Origin: an uncultured Acidobacteriota bacterium | GTDB lineage: Bacteria; Acidobacteriota; Thermoanaerobaculia; UBA5066 | Length of the DNA: 64,000 nucleotides | Direction: 5' to 3' | Assembly (NCBI GenBank): GCA_963779415.1 | Contig: CAVZYA010000002.1 | Span: 1,248,001 to 1,312,000 of the forward strand | Shown here: piece by piece, positions 20,567-33,500 of the stretch | Position numbering within the stretch: position 1 is the stretch's first letter | Layout of the letters: each line of letters begins with the position of its first letter | Translations under genes and position numbers: made by a program | Notes under the pieces: generated by a model | What the model saw: the letters and a program-made list of their open reading frames with translations, nothing else | Told to the model about the DNA's origin: nothing | Database searches by the model: none

Positions 20567-20655
20567 AGAGACCCTGCGGCCCCGCCCCATCGTGGCTGGT
20601 CGGTGAGGCCGGGTTCGGTCTCTCCTGATTTCCCGATCGATAATCGAGACGAGAC

Positions 20656-20886
20656 GTGCAGATGGCCGGCATCGGAAGGCTCCTGGTGACCCTCGGCGTC
20701 GTCTTCATCGCCGTCGGGGCGTTGCTCCTTTTCGCCGGGAGGATTCCCTGGCTCGGCCGTCTGCCGGGCGACATCCACGTCAAGCGGGAGAACTTCGAGT
20801 TCCACTTCCCTCTGGCGACGAGCCTCCTCCTCAGCCTCGTCCTGACCGCCGTCCTCTGGCTGATCGCGAGGTTCTGGCGGCGGTAG
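20656..20886 (+). CDS. DUF2905 family membrane protein
   Basis: LGRLPGDI...FHFPLATSLLLS. Confidence 0.88.
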   Translation: MQMAGIGRLLVTLGVVFIAVGALLLFAGRIPWLGRLPGDIHVKRENFEFHFPLATSLLLSLVLTAVLWLIARFWRR

Positions 20887-20996
20887 CGCGCAGGTCGACC
20901 GGGCGCCGTTTCGTTTGGCCCGAGTCGCGTTACGCTCGGGCTCCGGAACCCGCCCCACGTCCGCGTCCGGGAGAACCGCCGAGAGGAGAGTTCAAC

Positions 20997-23667
<2,671 letters not shown>

Positions 23668-23743
23668 GGTCCAGGGCCGACAATTTCTATAATTGTATAA
23701 TTAGGGTCAGGTCCGCACTCTCGGAAGCGTGCCGGTCGGGACG

Positions 23744-24968
23744 TCAGCGCTGGCGGGGTGGTGGTAAGGCGGACGCGCGGTCGTCGCCCGGCACACCGAC
23801 CTCCATGTCGTCCACGACGAGCTGCCAGTAGTGACTCGTCGTGAGGACGAGGCGGTCGATCCCGTGAAATGCCGCGTCGAACCAGACCGGCCCGAGGCTG
23901 GAGAGGCGAAGCTCGTCCTCGGCCACGGTGCTCTCACCGCGGAAGGCCTGTATCCGGAGCCTCTCGCCCTCCGCGTCCCGGGCCCCGACGCCGAAATAGG
24001 CACCGAGGAAATCGAAGCCTCCCGCACGCGAGATCGTCACCGGATGTCCGGAGCTCCCGTAGCCGACATAACGGCCCGAGGTCACATTGTTCGTATAAGC
24101 GTCTCCTCCGGTCGCCGCGTCGATCGCGTTCATGTAGAACCAGTCGAGGCCGGCGACGCCGGATGGGACCTTCATGACCGGGGTCCCGGTGATCGACTCG
24201 AAGTCGACGGTGGTGCGTCGTCCCGCCGGCTCGATCTTCGGGTCTCCGAGGACGATCGTGGAGACCCGCACCGGCGCGTCCCGTACGACGATTTCTCTTT
24301 CGACGCCGGCGTTGGACCCGGCCTTCCCCGCGATCAGCCTCCACCGGCCGAGTACGGCCGGTATCTCGAAGAAACCTCCTTTGGAAAGCAAGACGTCCAC
24401 GGTCTCGCCACCGGGGCCCCGGGCGGAGAGCGAGGCCCCTTCCGGTGGCTCGACGGCTCCGTCGGCACCGCGGACGACGACCCTCCCTCCGATGACGAGC
24501 CGCGGTGCGAGACCGAACGGCCGTGGCGGATTCCTCGACACCAGGTCCGCCGGTGCCCCCGGCAGCGCTTCCAGGGTCGTTCGCTGCTCCGCGTTCCCCG
24601 TGGTCAGAATCCATCCCGGGGGGATGCGCACGCTGCAGAGGTATTCCCCCGGCTTCCTCAAGGAGGCGTCTCTCTGGGAAAGGGACATCTGGAGGTTCGC
24701 GAATCCACGGACGTTCGAGCCCTCGATAAGGTCTTGCCGGCCGGGGTCTGATCGCGACGACCACCGACGCCATCGGCAGATCTCCAACGTCGAAAACGCC
24801 GTTCCGGTTCCGGTCCCGGAACACATATCCCGAGAGGTGGATTCCTCCCCTGTAAGGGGCCGACCAGTCCGCCCGCTCCGGGTAGTCCGCCTTCGACTGG
24901 CTCGACCGCCAGCGCCACCAACGCCACGCGTCGACGAGCGGAAGCGTCGCGCCGACGACGAAAATCAA
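23744..24968 (-). CDS. SdrD-B-like domain exported protein, split by a frameshift (~24735)
   Basis: TM segment and GYVFRDRNRNGVFDVGDLPM in one frame, continuing as SNVRGFANLQMS...VDFES...QLVVDDM in another. Confidence 0.6.
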
Positions 24969-25029
24969 CCAGAGAAATTTGTGATTACGCCACCAGGCGG
25001 GGACGAGTTTCGGGGCCAGCGGCGTGAAT

Positions 25030-25248
25030 CTACTGCTTCCGTCGAGACCGCGCCATTCCCCACGCGCCTACCATCGCGAGCCCGCCGGCCAAGGTGGCGA
25101 GGCCCAGCCCATCCAGCGTGGGAACCGAGGCAAAGGGTGAATTGCCGTTGCCCGGTTGGGCGAGGGCCTGCGCGACGTGAAGCAGGCAGGCCAAGGCGAC
25201 GGCGACCCGGAGCCTACTGGGGGAGATGAAGGTGAAGAGCTTCCTCAA
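25030..25248 (-). CDS. Small protein: signal peptide + IPTL-CTERM-like sorting signal
   Basis: GGAGG then TTG; ...ALAQPGNGNSPFASVPTLDGLGLATLAGGLAMVGAWGMARSRRKQ (VPTL, TM, basic tail). Confidence 0.65.
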   Translation of the reverse strand: MRKLFTFISPSRLRVAVALACLLHVAQALAQPGNGNSPFASVPTLDGLGLATLAGGLAMVGAWGMARSRRKQ

Positions 25249-25410
25249 TTGAACCTCCCGCTGGCCAGAGAAGCGGCGTCCGCGACTCGATGACTCCGAA
25301 GCGATCGCCGGTCTCTCGGTCACTGTGCGATGAACCTACGCCTCTGCACGGTACCGTCAACCCCATGCGAGATGGGGTCCGAGAAAGGGGTCACCGAGCA
25401 CGGTGAGCAC

Positions 25411-25433
25411 GGGGTCAGGTCTGCTAAATTGCG
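25411..25433 (+). repeat. RAYT-associated end motif, copy D (inverted relative to A-C)
   Basis: GGGGTCAGGTCTGCTAAATTGCG; 25412-25433 is the exact reverse complement of 26414-26435. Confidence 0.9.
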
Positions 25434-25435
25434 GT

Positions 25436-26388
25436 TCACGACACCTCTGCAAGGAGGGCCTCCAGACTCTTTCGGAAGGCCGCTTCCTTCTCCGCGAGCT
25501 GCTCGGCCGCTGTCGCCATGTGCGAGGCCGACCAGGACCTGACGCCGAGGAACGCCCCGATCGCTTCCAGCGGGAGCGCCGCTTCCCTGCGGGCTGCAGA
25601 GCGACAGCCAGGCGAACAGGACCGCCGCGCTTTCTTCGAACATCGCCCGGAGGGACGGCGAAGATGCGGGCCGCCGCGTCCGCGATCGTTTCGAGGCTGG
25701 GCCTGCGCAGTAACCGCTGTCGGCGGGGAATCTCCGGGAGCGTCTGCCGCCCGTCCATCCAGCGTTCGGCCTTCCCGACAAACTCGTCGCCGCCAAGGAG
25801 GATCTGGTGGGTGAGGGTCTGCCACGGGGCATACCCGGATCGAAGTCCGTCGGAAACGAACTCCCGATAGCGTCCCTCAGCCAGAGCCCTTCGGGAAGCG
25901 AAGAGGGAGAGGACGCCGTCTGTATCGAGCCATTCGGAGGCGGATTCGTGGCCGGCGGTGGCGCGGTAGCTGCTCCACCGCCAGTTACGCGCTGAGCGGG
26001 CCGCCCCCGCCCGGACGGGGTTGAGGACGACGTAGCGACACAGCTCCAGCAGGTGGGCCTCCTTCTCCACGAGGATCCCCTTGAAGCGCCCCTGCATCAG
26101 GTGACCGGAGCGGCCATGCCGCCGGTTGAATCGCTGGGTGTAGATGCCGTTGAGCTGGCGCATGCCGCGCGAGAGGTTCGGCTCAGGTGTCTCGAGAAGC
26201 AGGTGATAGTGGTTGTTCATCAGGACCCATGCATAGAGCCGCCAGTGGAACATCGCGACCGCGCGCCCGAGGATCTCGAGAAACAGCTCGCGGTCGGGGT
26301 CGTCCCGGAAGATCTCCCGACGCTCGTTGCCTCGGCTCGTGACATGCCACAGGGCACCGGGGTGTTCAAGGCGCAGGGGGCGAGACAT
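25436..26388 (-). mobile_element. REP-associated tyrosine transposase (RAYT, Y1 HUH) with C-terminal HTH; frameshift ~25598
   Basis: MSRPLRLEHPGALWHVTSRGNER, LMNNHYHLL (HUH), GHLMQGRFK, YVVLNPVRAG, WSSY; the tail LEAIGAFLGVRSWSASH is in the adjacent frame. Confidence 0.9.
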
Positions 26389-26413
26389 CAAACGCTCCTG
26401 CGGCGAATTCTAT

Positions 26414-26444
26414 CGCAATTTAGCAGACCTGACCCTCAGCCCTC
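26414..26444 (-). repeat. RAYT-associated end motif, copy C
   Basis: CGCAATTTAGCAGACCTGACCC-TCAGCCCTC directly upstream of the RAYT start. Confidence 0.9.
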
Positions 26445-26462
26445 CTCGAGCCCAACCCTCCT

Positions 26463-26700
26463 TTCGTCTGGAGCAAGCCGTCGGCATAGTACGCGGTACG
26501 TTTCCGTCGCCCCGTCGGGGAAGACGGTCTTCTGAAGCCGCTTCAGGGCGTCGTACTGATAGCTCGTGACGTTGCCGTTGGGGTCGGTGATGGAGGTGAG
26601 GAGATCGTTGGTCCACGCGTAGAGGGTCGTGCCGCCGGCGGCGTCGAGTGATTTCCGGAGCCTCCCCATCTGTCGTAGCCGAGGTTCGTGATCTTGCCGT
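26463..26700 (-). pseudogene. Orphan Rhs-core fragment, copy of ~29528-29765
   Basis: Encodes [46 protein letters not shown]; near-identical at DNA level over 26463-26604. Confidence 0.9.
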
Positions 26701-26742
26701 AGACCGGCAGGAGAGAAACCGCAAAAAAACGCGGAGTCGAAC

Positions 26743-26773
26743 CGCAATTTAGAGGACCTGACCCTCAGCCCTC
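26743..26773 (-). repeat. RAYT-associated end motif, copy B
   Basis: CGCAATTTAGAGGACCTGACCC-TCAGCCCTC. Confidence 0.85.
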
Positions 26774-26871
26774 TCGATCGTCCTCATCCTGAAAAATGTC
26801 CGGCGCTCATTGCCCCGGCTCGTGAGGTGCCAGAGGGCGCCCGGGTGTTCGAGACGCAGGGGGCGGAACAT
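26774..26871 (-). pseudogene. Truncated second RAYT 5' end
   Basis: MFRPLRLEHPGALWHLTSRGNERRT..., cut off at motif B; upstream leader matches that of the intact RAYT. Confidence 0.88.
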
Positions 26872-26896
26872 CAAGCGCTGCTGAGGCGGATTCTAT

Positions 26897-26944
26897 CGCA
26901 ATTTGGCAGACCTGACCCCAAACCTCCGTGACCCCAAACCTCCG
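26897..26944 (-). repeat. RAYT-associated end motif, copy A, plus 16-bp tandem duplication
   Basis: CGCAATTTGGCAGACCTGACCCC; TGACCCCAAACCTCCG occurs at 26913-26928 and 26929-26944. Confidence 0.85.
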
Positions 26945-26945
26945 T

Positions 26946-27073
26946 TCGTCGATCCCGAGCGGCGCCTGCCCGTCCTTCTACCGAAAGCCGCGTAGGCGGC
27001 GTCGAATCCGTCGAGCCGTCCATTCCAGACGCGATCGAGGTGTGCGCGAGGTCCATACCTCTCACCCTCGATC
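26946..27073 (-). pseudogene. Possible degraded VapC/PIN C-terminal fragment
   Basis: ERYGPRAHLDRVW..LDGFDAAYAA..(frameshift) APLGID resembles the VapC pattern RIW..LTAYDAAYVALA..APLxTxD. Confidence 0.4.
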
Positions 27074-27136
27074 AGAACCTCTGCCCCGGCCGCCGGCCCC
27101 CGCAGTTTCCATTGCGCCCCTACACCCTTTGCAAGC

Positions 27137-27538
27137 TCAACGCATAGTTGAAATGTAAAGAAACGCCATGTATCCTAGCCCAACAGGCACCGCAGCGATG
27201 ATGATTCGCTTCATCCAGAGCTCGATACGGTCGAGTAATTTCCCTCCTTGCCACCATCGTATAGGCGGTTCAATCTCCTTCAGTTCCTCGATCTCACACG
27301 TGTGACCGCTGGCGGCGGCTGTCAGCTCGCCGCAAACCGGGCACTTCTCATATTCACAATCCGGTACATGAAACTGACCGCGACTGACACCGCAGCCATT
27401 GCATGGCGCATCACCCCAGCCGGCCTGTTCATCGCCAAATCTGATCCGCGAATGCGGCTTACCCTTAACGGTGTAGACCGTGAGACCTTGCGCGTCGCCA
27501 ATACGCCGCTTCCAAGCGTCGGTCATCTTGCGTGTCAT
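27137..27538 (-). CDS. Cys-rich candidate immunity protein with C-terminal TM
   Basis: ATGA overlap with the Rhs C-terminus; CNGC..H..C..CPVC..HTC; visibly lower GC than the flanks. Confidence 0.65.
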   Translation of the reverse strand: MTRKMTDAWKRRIGDAQGLTVYTVKGKPHSRIRFGDEQAGWGDAPCNGCGVSRGQFHVPDCEYEKCPVCGELTAAASGHTCEIEELKEIEPPIRWWQGGKLLDRIELWMKRIIIAAVPVGLGYMAFLYISTMR

Positions 27539-30500
27539 TTGGGCGGCCCCTCACAACAGATCTCATTCAAATATCCGATCAAACCACCTGCAACACCGCC
27601 AGCTACGGGTGCCCCGAAGATCAGGCGACTTATGAGACTTTCCGCCCAAAGCGTGCCGGGCCTTCCATTCATGTAGCTGTTCAAGGCCTTCGGAATCGCT
27701 ATCAGTCTCCAGGCCTCAGAGCCACCACCTAATCTCTGAGCGGTCAGCCAGTGGTGAAGGTCCCATTTGACGCCGAGGTGTTCGGCGCCACCCAACGTCT
27801 TCCAAAAACGCGCGCTGACGGTGGAGAACTGCCGGGTCTCATTCAAGAGCCTCGGCCCTGCTAGTGGATTGCCGGCCATGCGGAAGGGGAGAGGCGCGGC
27901 GATGCTCAGCCCCTTCAGCAGAGACAGCGCTCCCTTCACGACGCGCACAGTGTGTCCCCGTTGCCGAAACCTTCGCCGGATTGCTGGGCTTCTGCCATAC
28001 CGGCAGCTCGAAGCAGCGCGGAAGCAACTGAGGCGCCGGCAGCAGCCAGTGGGTCGGTGGACGTCTTTGCGACATCGTCGTAGAAGGCTAAGGTGGCGCG
28101 TATATCCCAGTAATCACCAAACTCCGCGCCAAGCGGGTCGAACCCAATGAGAGGGCGCACGCCCTGCATACGCGTAGAAATTGACGTCAACTGCTGGCCG
28201 AAAGGATCCTCGCTGAGAAGGCGGCCTAGGCCTGGTTGGTAATATCGTCGCCCTGTAGAAGTGCATTCCTGCGACGCCGACCTCGCGGCCGGTGTATGTG
28301 AAGCCGTGTGTTCTGGTCCCGGTTTCGTTCCTCGGGGCGCCCCAGGCATCGAAGGAGAGCGAATGCGAGACGGTTCCCGCAGGGTTGTTGGTCGCGATGA
28401 CCGAGCCGAGCCCGTCGGCGTTCAGGTAGCTGATGGTGCCCGAGGCCGAGATGGCGAGAGGCTCGTCGATTGAGGGGCCGTTCAGGATGTAGGTCGGCGA
28501 GGCGCTGACGGTCGCGGCGATGGGATTCAGGCCGTCGTAGAGGTAGGTCGTGGTCACGCCGCCTTCGGTCTTCGAGGTGCGTCGGCCCTGATAGTCGTAC
28601 GTGTAGGTCGCGGTCTCGGCGCCGGTGATGCTCGTCAGCCGGTTGTCGACGTCGTAGCCGAAGGCGTAGTTCGTTCCACCCGTCCGCGCCGTCTGGCTTC
28701 CGTTCGGGTCGTAGGCATAGGCGTTTACGCCGTCGCTCGAGAGGCGCTGGCCGTTGAGAGGATTCGCGCCGTTCTTGAGGTAGGTGTAGCTCGGCCCGGT
28801 GCCATTCACCTTCGAAGAGATCGGTTTCCGAGCCCGTCGTACGTCCACTCGTGGGTTTCACCGTTGAAGACGGTTCCCCGCCGGGTACTGGGCCTTCACG
28901 AGCTGGTAGAGCGGGTCGTAGAAGTACTTGCTTTGAGCCGTTAGTTCAAGCCCTGGGCCGGGACGGTGGCCGTCATCGACGGTCCTCTGGCCCAGCATCG
29001 TATCGCTTCCCGAGGCCCAGTCGTGATCGTAGCCGTAGGAGAAGCTCGCGAGGGTCGTGGCGCCGAGGGTGTTCGAAAGCTGGGTCAGCCGCCCCTGGTC
29101 GTCGTAGGTGTAGTCGCGGTGCTGGCCATTGGGGAAGGTGATCTCCTGATACTGGCCGGCCGGGGTGTAGGTGTACTTGAAGTTCCCCGAGACGACGCTC
29201 CAGGTGATCGTGTCCAGCGAGCCATCCGGGTAGTAGGAGAAGGTCTGCGTGGGGCCGGCCTGGACGGCCATGGTCTGCACCCGGTCCTCGGGCGTGTAGG
29301 TGTAGCTGAGCGTGCCGCGCGGGCCCTGGGTGGTCGAGGCGACGCGGTAGCTGCCGTCGTAGGTGAAGCTGTGGGTCTCGGTCGGGGTGACCGACGTGTC
29401 GACCACCTGCGTCAGCTTCTGCCCGATGTACGTATAGGTGATCGTCGCCGAGCTGGGATAACTCTTCTTCGTCAGCCGCTTGAAGCCGTCGTACTGGTAG
29501 GTGATGGTCTGCCCCTTCCGGTCGGTCTTCGTCTGGAGCAAGCCGTCGGCATAGTACGTGTACGTTTCCGTGGCCCCGTCGGGGAAGACGGTCTTCTGAA
29601 GCCGCTTCAGGGCGTCGTACTGGTAGCCGGTGACGTTGCCGTTGGGGTCGGTGATGGAGGTGAGGAGGTCGGCGGTATAGGCGTAGCTCGTTTCGTTGCT
29701 CGCGGCGTCGATCGACTTCCGGAGGCGCCCCTGCTCGTCATAGCCCAGCTTCGTCAGCTTGCCGTTCGGGTCGGTAATCTGGGTGAAGACGAGGCTGGTG
29801 GCCGAGTCGAAGTTGTCGTAGTCGTAGGTCGTCGTGAAGACCTTGCCGCCGACCGGGGGGAGGGTGACCGTCAGGACGCGGCCGAGGGGATCGTAGGTGT
29901 AGCTGGTCGTCTTGCCGTTCGGATCGAGGATGGCCAGCGGCCGTCCGACGCCGTCATAGTTCGAGTAGGTCGTCTGGGGCCTCGTCCCGGAGTCGGCGTT
30001 CAGCGACGCCGTGACGGTGGAAAGGTTCCCCGCGTCGTCGTAGACATAATCGGTCGCGGCGCCGGAGGCCGAGGTCTGCTTCGTGATGCGGCCGTGGGCG
30101 TCGTACTCGAAGCTGCTCAGGGTCTCCAGCGTCACGCCGTCGTCCTTCACGCGCTTGACCGTCTTCAAGGCGCCGGGGGCGGGGTCCCCGGCCTGCCAGT
30201 AGTCGTACTTCCACCCCTGCCAGTTGGGGTCGGGGACGTGCGTCGAGGGGTTCTTCGGCGTGACGGAGACGACCTTGTCGGGGAAGTTCGTGTCATAGGC
30301 GTAGTCGTGCTCGACGGAGGCGCCTCCGCCATTCCGGGTGACGGTGAGGACGTGGCCTGCCGCGTCGTACGTGTAGCCGGTGGCGACGCCCACCTCGTCG
30401 AACGCCGTCTGGATGGAGCCGTCGGGGTTGTACTGGGTGGTCGTGCTGGCGCCGCTCTGCGCGCGTCCGCCGATGAGGCCGCCGTCGCCGAAGCTGAAGC

Positions 30501-33500
30501 TGGTGGTGTTTCCGACGGTATCGGTCTTCGAGGTGTGCGTGGCGTCGACGTAGTTGTAGGTGTAGGTCTCGCCATGCTCCGAGTAGCTCGTCACCCGGTC
30601 GGCGAGGTCCCACGTGACGATCGTGAGCGGCCGGTTCCAGTTGTCGGCGATCTGGGTCAGGACGGGGCCGAAGCTGCCGGTGTTGTAGGAGTAGCGGGTG
30701 GCGCGGCCGGCCGGGATCGGTGACCGTGGCGAGGTTCCCCTGTCCGTCATAGCCGTACCGGACGACGCGGCCGGCGCTGTCATGGACGGAGTCGATCTTC
30801 CCGTCGGCGCGCCAGGAGACGTCGATGTATCTGCCGGAGCCGGACTGGTCGGAGAGGCGCTGGACCTGGCTCGAGGCGTTGTACGTGACGAGAATCGAGT
30901 TCCCGAACTCGTCGGTCAGGGTCGTGAGCCGCCCCGTCGAGTCGAAACGGTAGACGTTCCGGCTCTTCTCGAGCGTGAGGTCGAACGTGCCGTCGGGGTT
31001 CCGGACGAGCGTGTCCTTCCGGCCGTTCGGCGGCGTGAAGGGGCCTTCGGCGACGGTGTAGGAGAACGCGATCTGCTGGCCGCTGGGGAGGGTGACGACG
31101 ACAACCCTGCCGGCTTGCGTCAACCGGTAGGCCAGCTTCGCTTCCAGGCTGGAGCGCCAGCCGGGGCCGTTCAGTCCCTTCGTCGTCGAGGAGCTGAGGT
31201 AGAGGCGGTCGATGGAGAGGGGGAAGCCGGCGGTCGGAAGAGTGAGGTCGGTGGCGGAGGTCGTGTAGACGCCGCTTCCGACGACGACGGGCGAGCCCGT
31301 GCAGTTCGAGAAGCCGCAGCCCGCTTCGCCGCAGCGGCAGTCGGGGTCGGCGCGGTTGTCGACGTTCAGGAAGAGGAAGGCCCCGCGCGACTCGCCGGCG
31401 GGCGAGGCGTCGGTAGCGAAATCGGACTCCCGCCGGACGAGGTAGGTGTTTCCGATCGCCTGGACGTCGATGAAGTAGAGCCCGAGTTCGTACGGAGCCT
31501 GGAGCGGCTCGATACCGAAATAGCCGCGGTGGCTGGCCGTGCTGTCCCCGGAGGTGGCCGGGTAGGGCGAGTTGAACTCGATGCCGTCGATGACCCCGTT
31601 CACGCTGTCGACGGGCGGGAGGGTGCACGGGCGCCCCGCGACGCCGCCGACGCCGGACTGGACCGGCGCCCCTTCGTGGTCGAAGCGCGGACAGCGGTAG
31701 ACCCGGAAGGCGCCGTCCGTCACGAGGTCCCCGTTCCCGTCTACGAGACGCAGCCGGAAGCGAGGCGTTTCTCCGGTCACGAGGCTCGGGTCTTCCGGAG
31801 ACTCGAAGTGGTCCACGACCCACGTCCCGGAACTCGCCTTCCAGATCGTGTGCGGATCCTCGAAGACTTCGGGGAGCGTCGCGAGAACTTTCGAGCCGGA
31901 GATTGCGGCGAGGGTCAGGCGCTGGACGTCGCCGGCCGAGGTCTTCGGCATGGCGGCCGTCGTCGCCCCCGGGACGACGCGGTAGGGGGGCGTTCCGTCG
32001 TCGGCCCCGAATCTCTTCTCGTAGCTTCGCTGCCGGATGATCGCCCGGGACGGGGACGACAGGAAGTCGTAGGCAATTGCCTTGTCGACCCCACAGGCCC
32101 CCCAGTCCTGGTCGTCGCACCCGACCGAGAGAGTCACCGGGTAGAGCCCGCCCGGCATCTGGGGGTCGTCGTTCCAGGAGGTCTGCAGCCTGTAACCGGC
32201 GCGGTCGAATGGGACGCTCGTAAAGGGAAGAGTCTGCTGGGCAGAGAACGCCGTTAGAACGTTGGACGCCGCCTGCGTCGAGCTGGCCGATGTATATCCC
32301 CAGCAGACGTTGTCGTATTTGTCCTTCAGGTAGTAAGAGTTGTAGATCGAGAAGGGCCCCGATGCGGTCTTCTGGGAGCCGTCGCCCTTGAGGCCTGCGG
32401 GGTAGACGAGGTACCCGGTCCAGTACGAGAGGGAGTCCGGGCAGGGCGTGAAGTCGTAGTTCAGGCAGAGGAAGTGATCGGGCTTGCCGGGCTCAGGCCG
32501 AACGGGGAAGTCCGATTCGCCGACCTCTTCCGAGCCGTCCGCGGCCAGCGTCGTCACACGAATGCCGAGCGTCTCGGCCTCGCCCCAGAGAGGCTGATAC
32601 GGCCCGGGATCGGACCCGGTGGAGCCTTCGTAGAGGGACAGCGTCCCGAGCGTGTACTCGAACTCCTCGTTCAGGCCGGAGCCGCTCCCTCCCGCGGGAT
32701 GCCAGACGAACGAGGCCTGGTCGCACTCCACCCGGTTTCCGTCCGGATCGAGGATGAGCATGCCGTGCGAGGGGCCGTCGACGCCCATGCTGACGAGGAC
32801 CGGGTGGTTCGGGGTGCTGCCGTTCGCATCCTTGACGTCGATCCGAAGCCGGATCGTCTTCTCGATCCGGTGGCCGTGGATGCCGTCAGCCAGGTTGACG
32901 TCGCCGTTCGGTGAAGTCTGGCCGGTTGACGGCGAGAGGTCGCTGAGCGAGACGCTGTAGGGCCCGGGCGCGACGGGGCCGGAGACGGCGACTTCGCTGA
33001 ACGTGGCCGAAGAGCAGCCGGTGATCGCAAAGGCGGGGGCGGAGACCGGGGCCGACGCCCTCTTCGCCGAGATGGCAGAGAAGGGCGCTGCCGAAGTAAC
33101 GGCCTTCAGAGGCGAGCCGGAGAGACCGGAATCGCTGCGCGAAAGAACCCGCCCGTCGGGCGCCAGGAGAATCCGCCCGCCTTCCTCCTGATGCTGGAAG
33201 CGCTCGAGCCGTCCGGCCGCAATGCCGAGGACGTTCTGATAGACGCCGGTGATCCGGATGTTCTGTCTTCCAACCGGGCGATAGCGGGGAATCGTGGCCG
33301 CCGCCGGCAAGGCCGTGGAGGTGCCAGCCATGGCGAATGCCGTCAGGCCGGAATCGTCCCTCCCCGCGACGAGGTTCGCGAAAAGCGGGTTTCCGAAGGC
33401 CGGATTGAACTGGACCTTTCCGGCCGCCGTGATCTTCGCTGAGACCTGAGCGATCCCGTCGAGCGTCGTCGAGGTTGCGGCGCTGGGGGTGAAGAGTGCG

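Noticed and set aside
26463-26700. Rhs duplicate as a DGR template/variable repeat pair
   Set aside because: No reverse transcriptase in the window, and the differences include indels and are not adenine-specific
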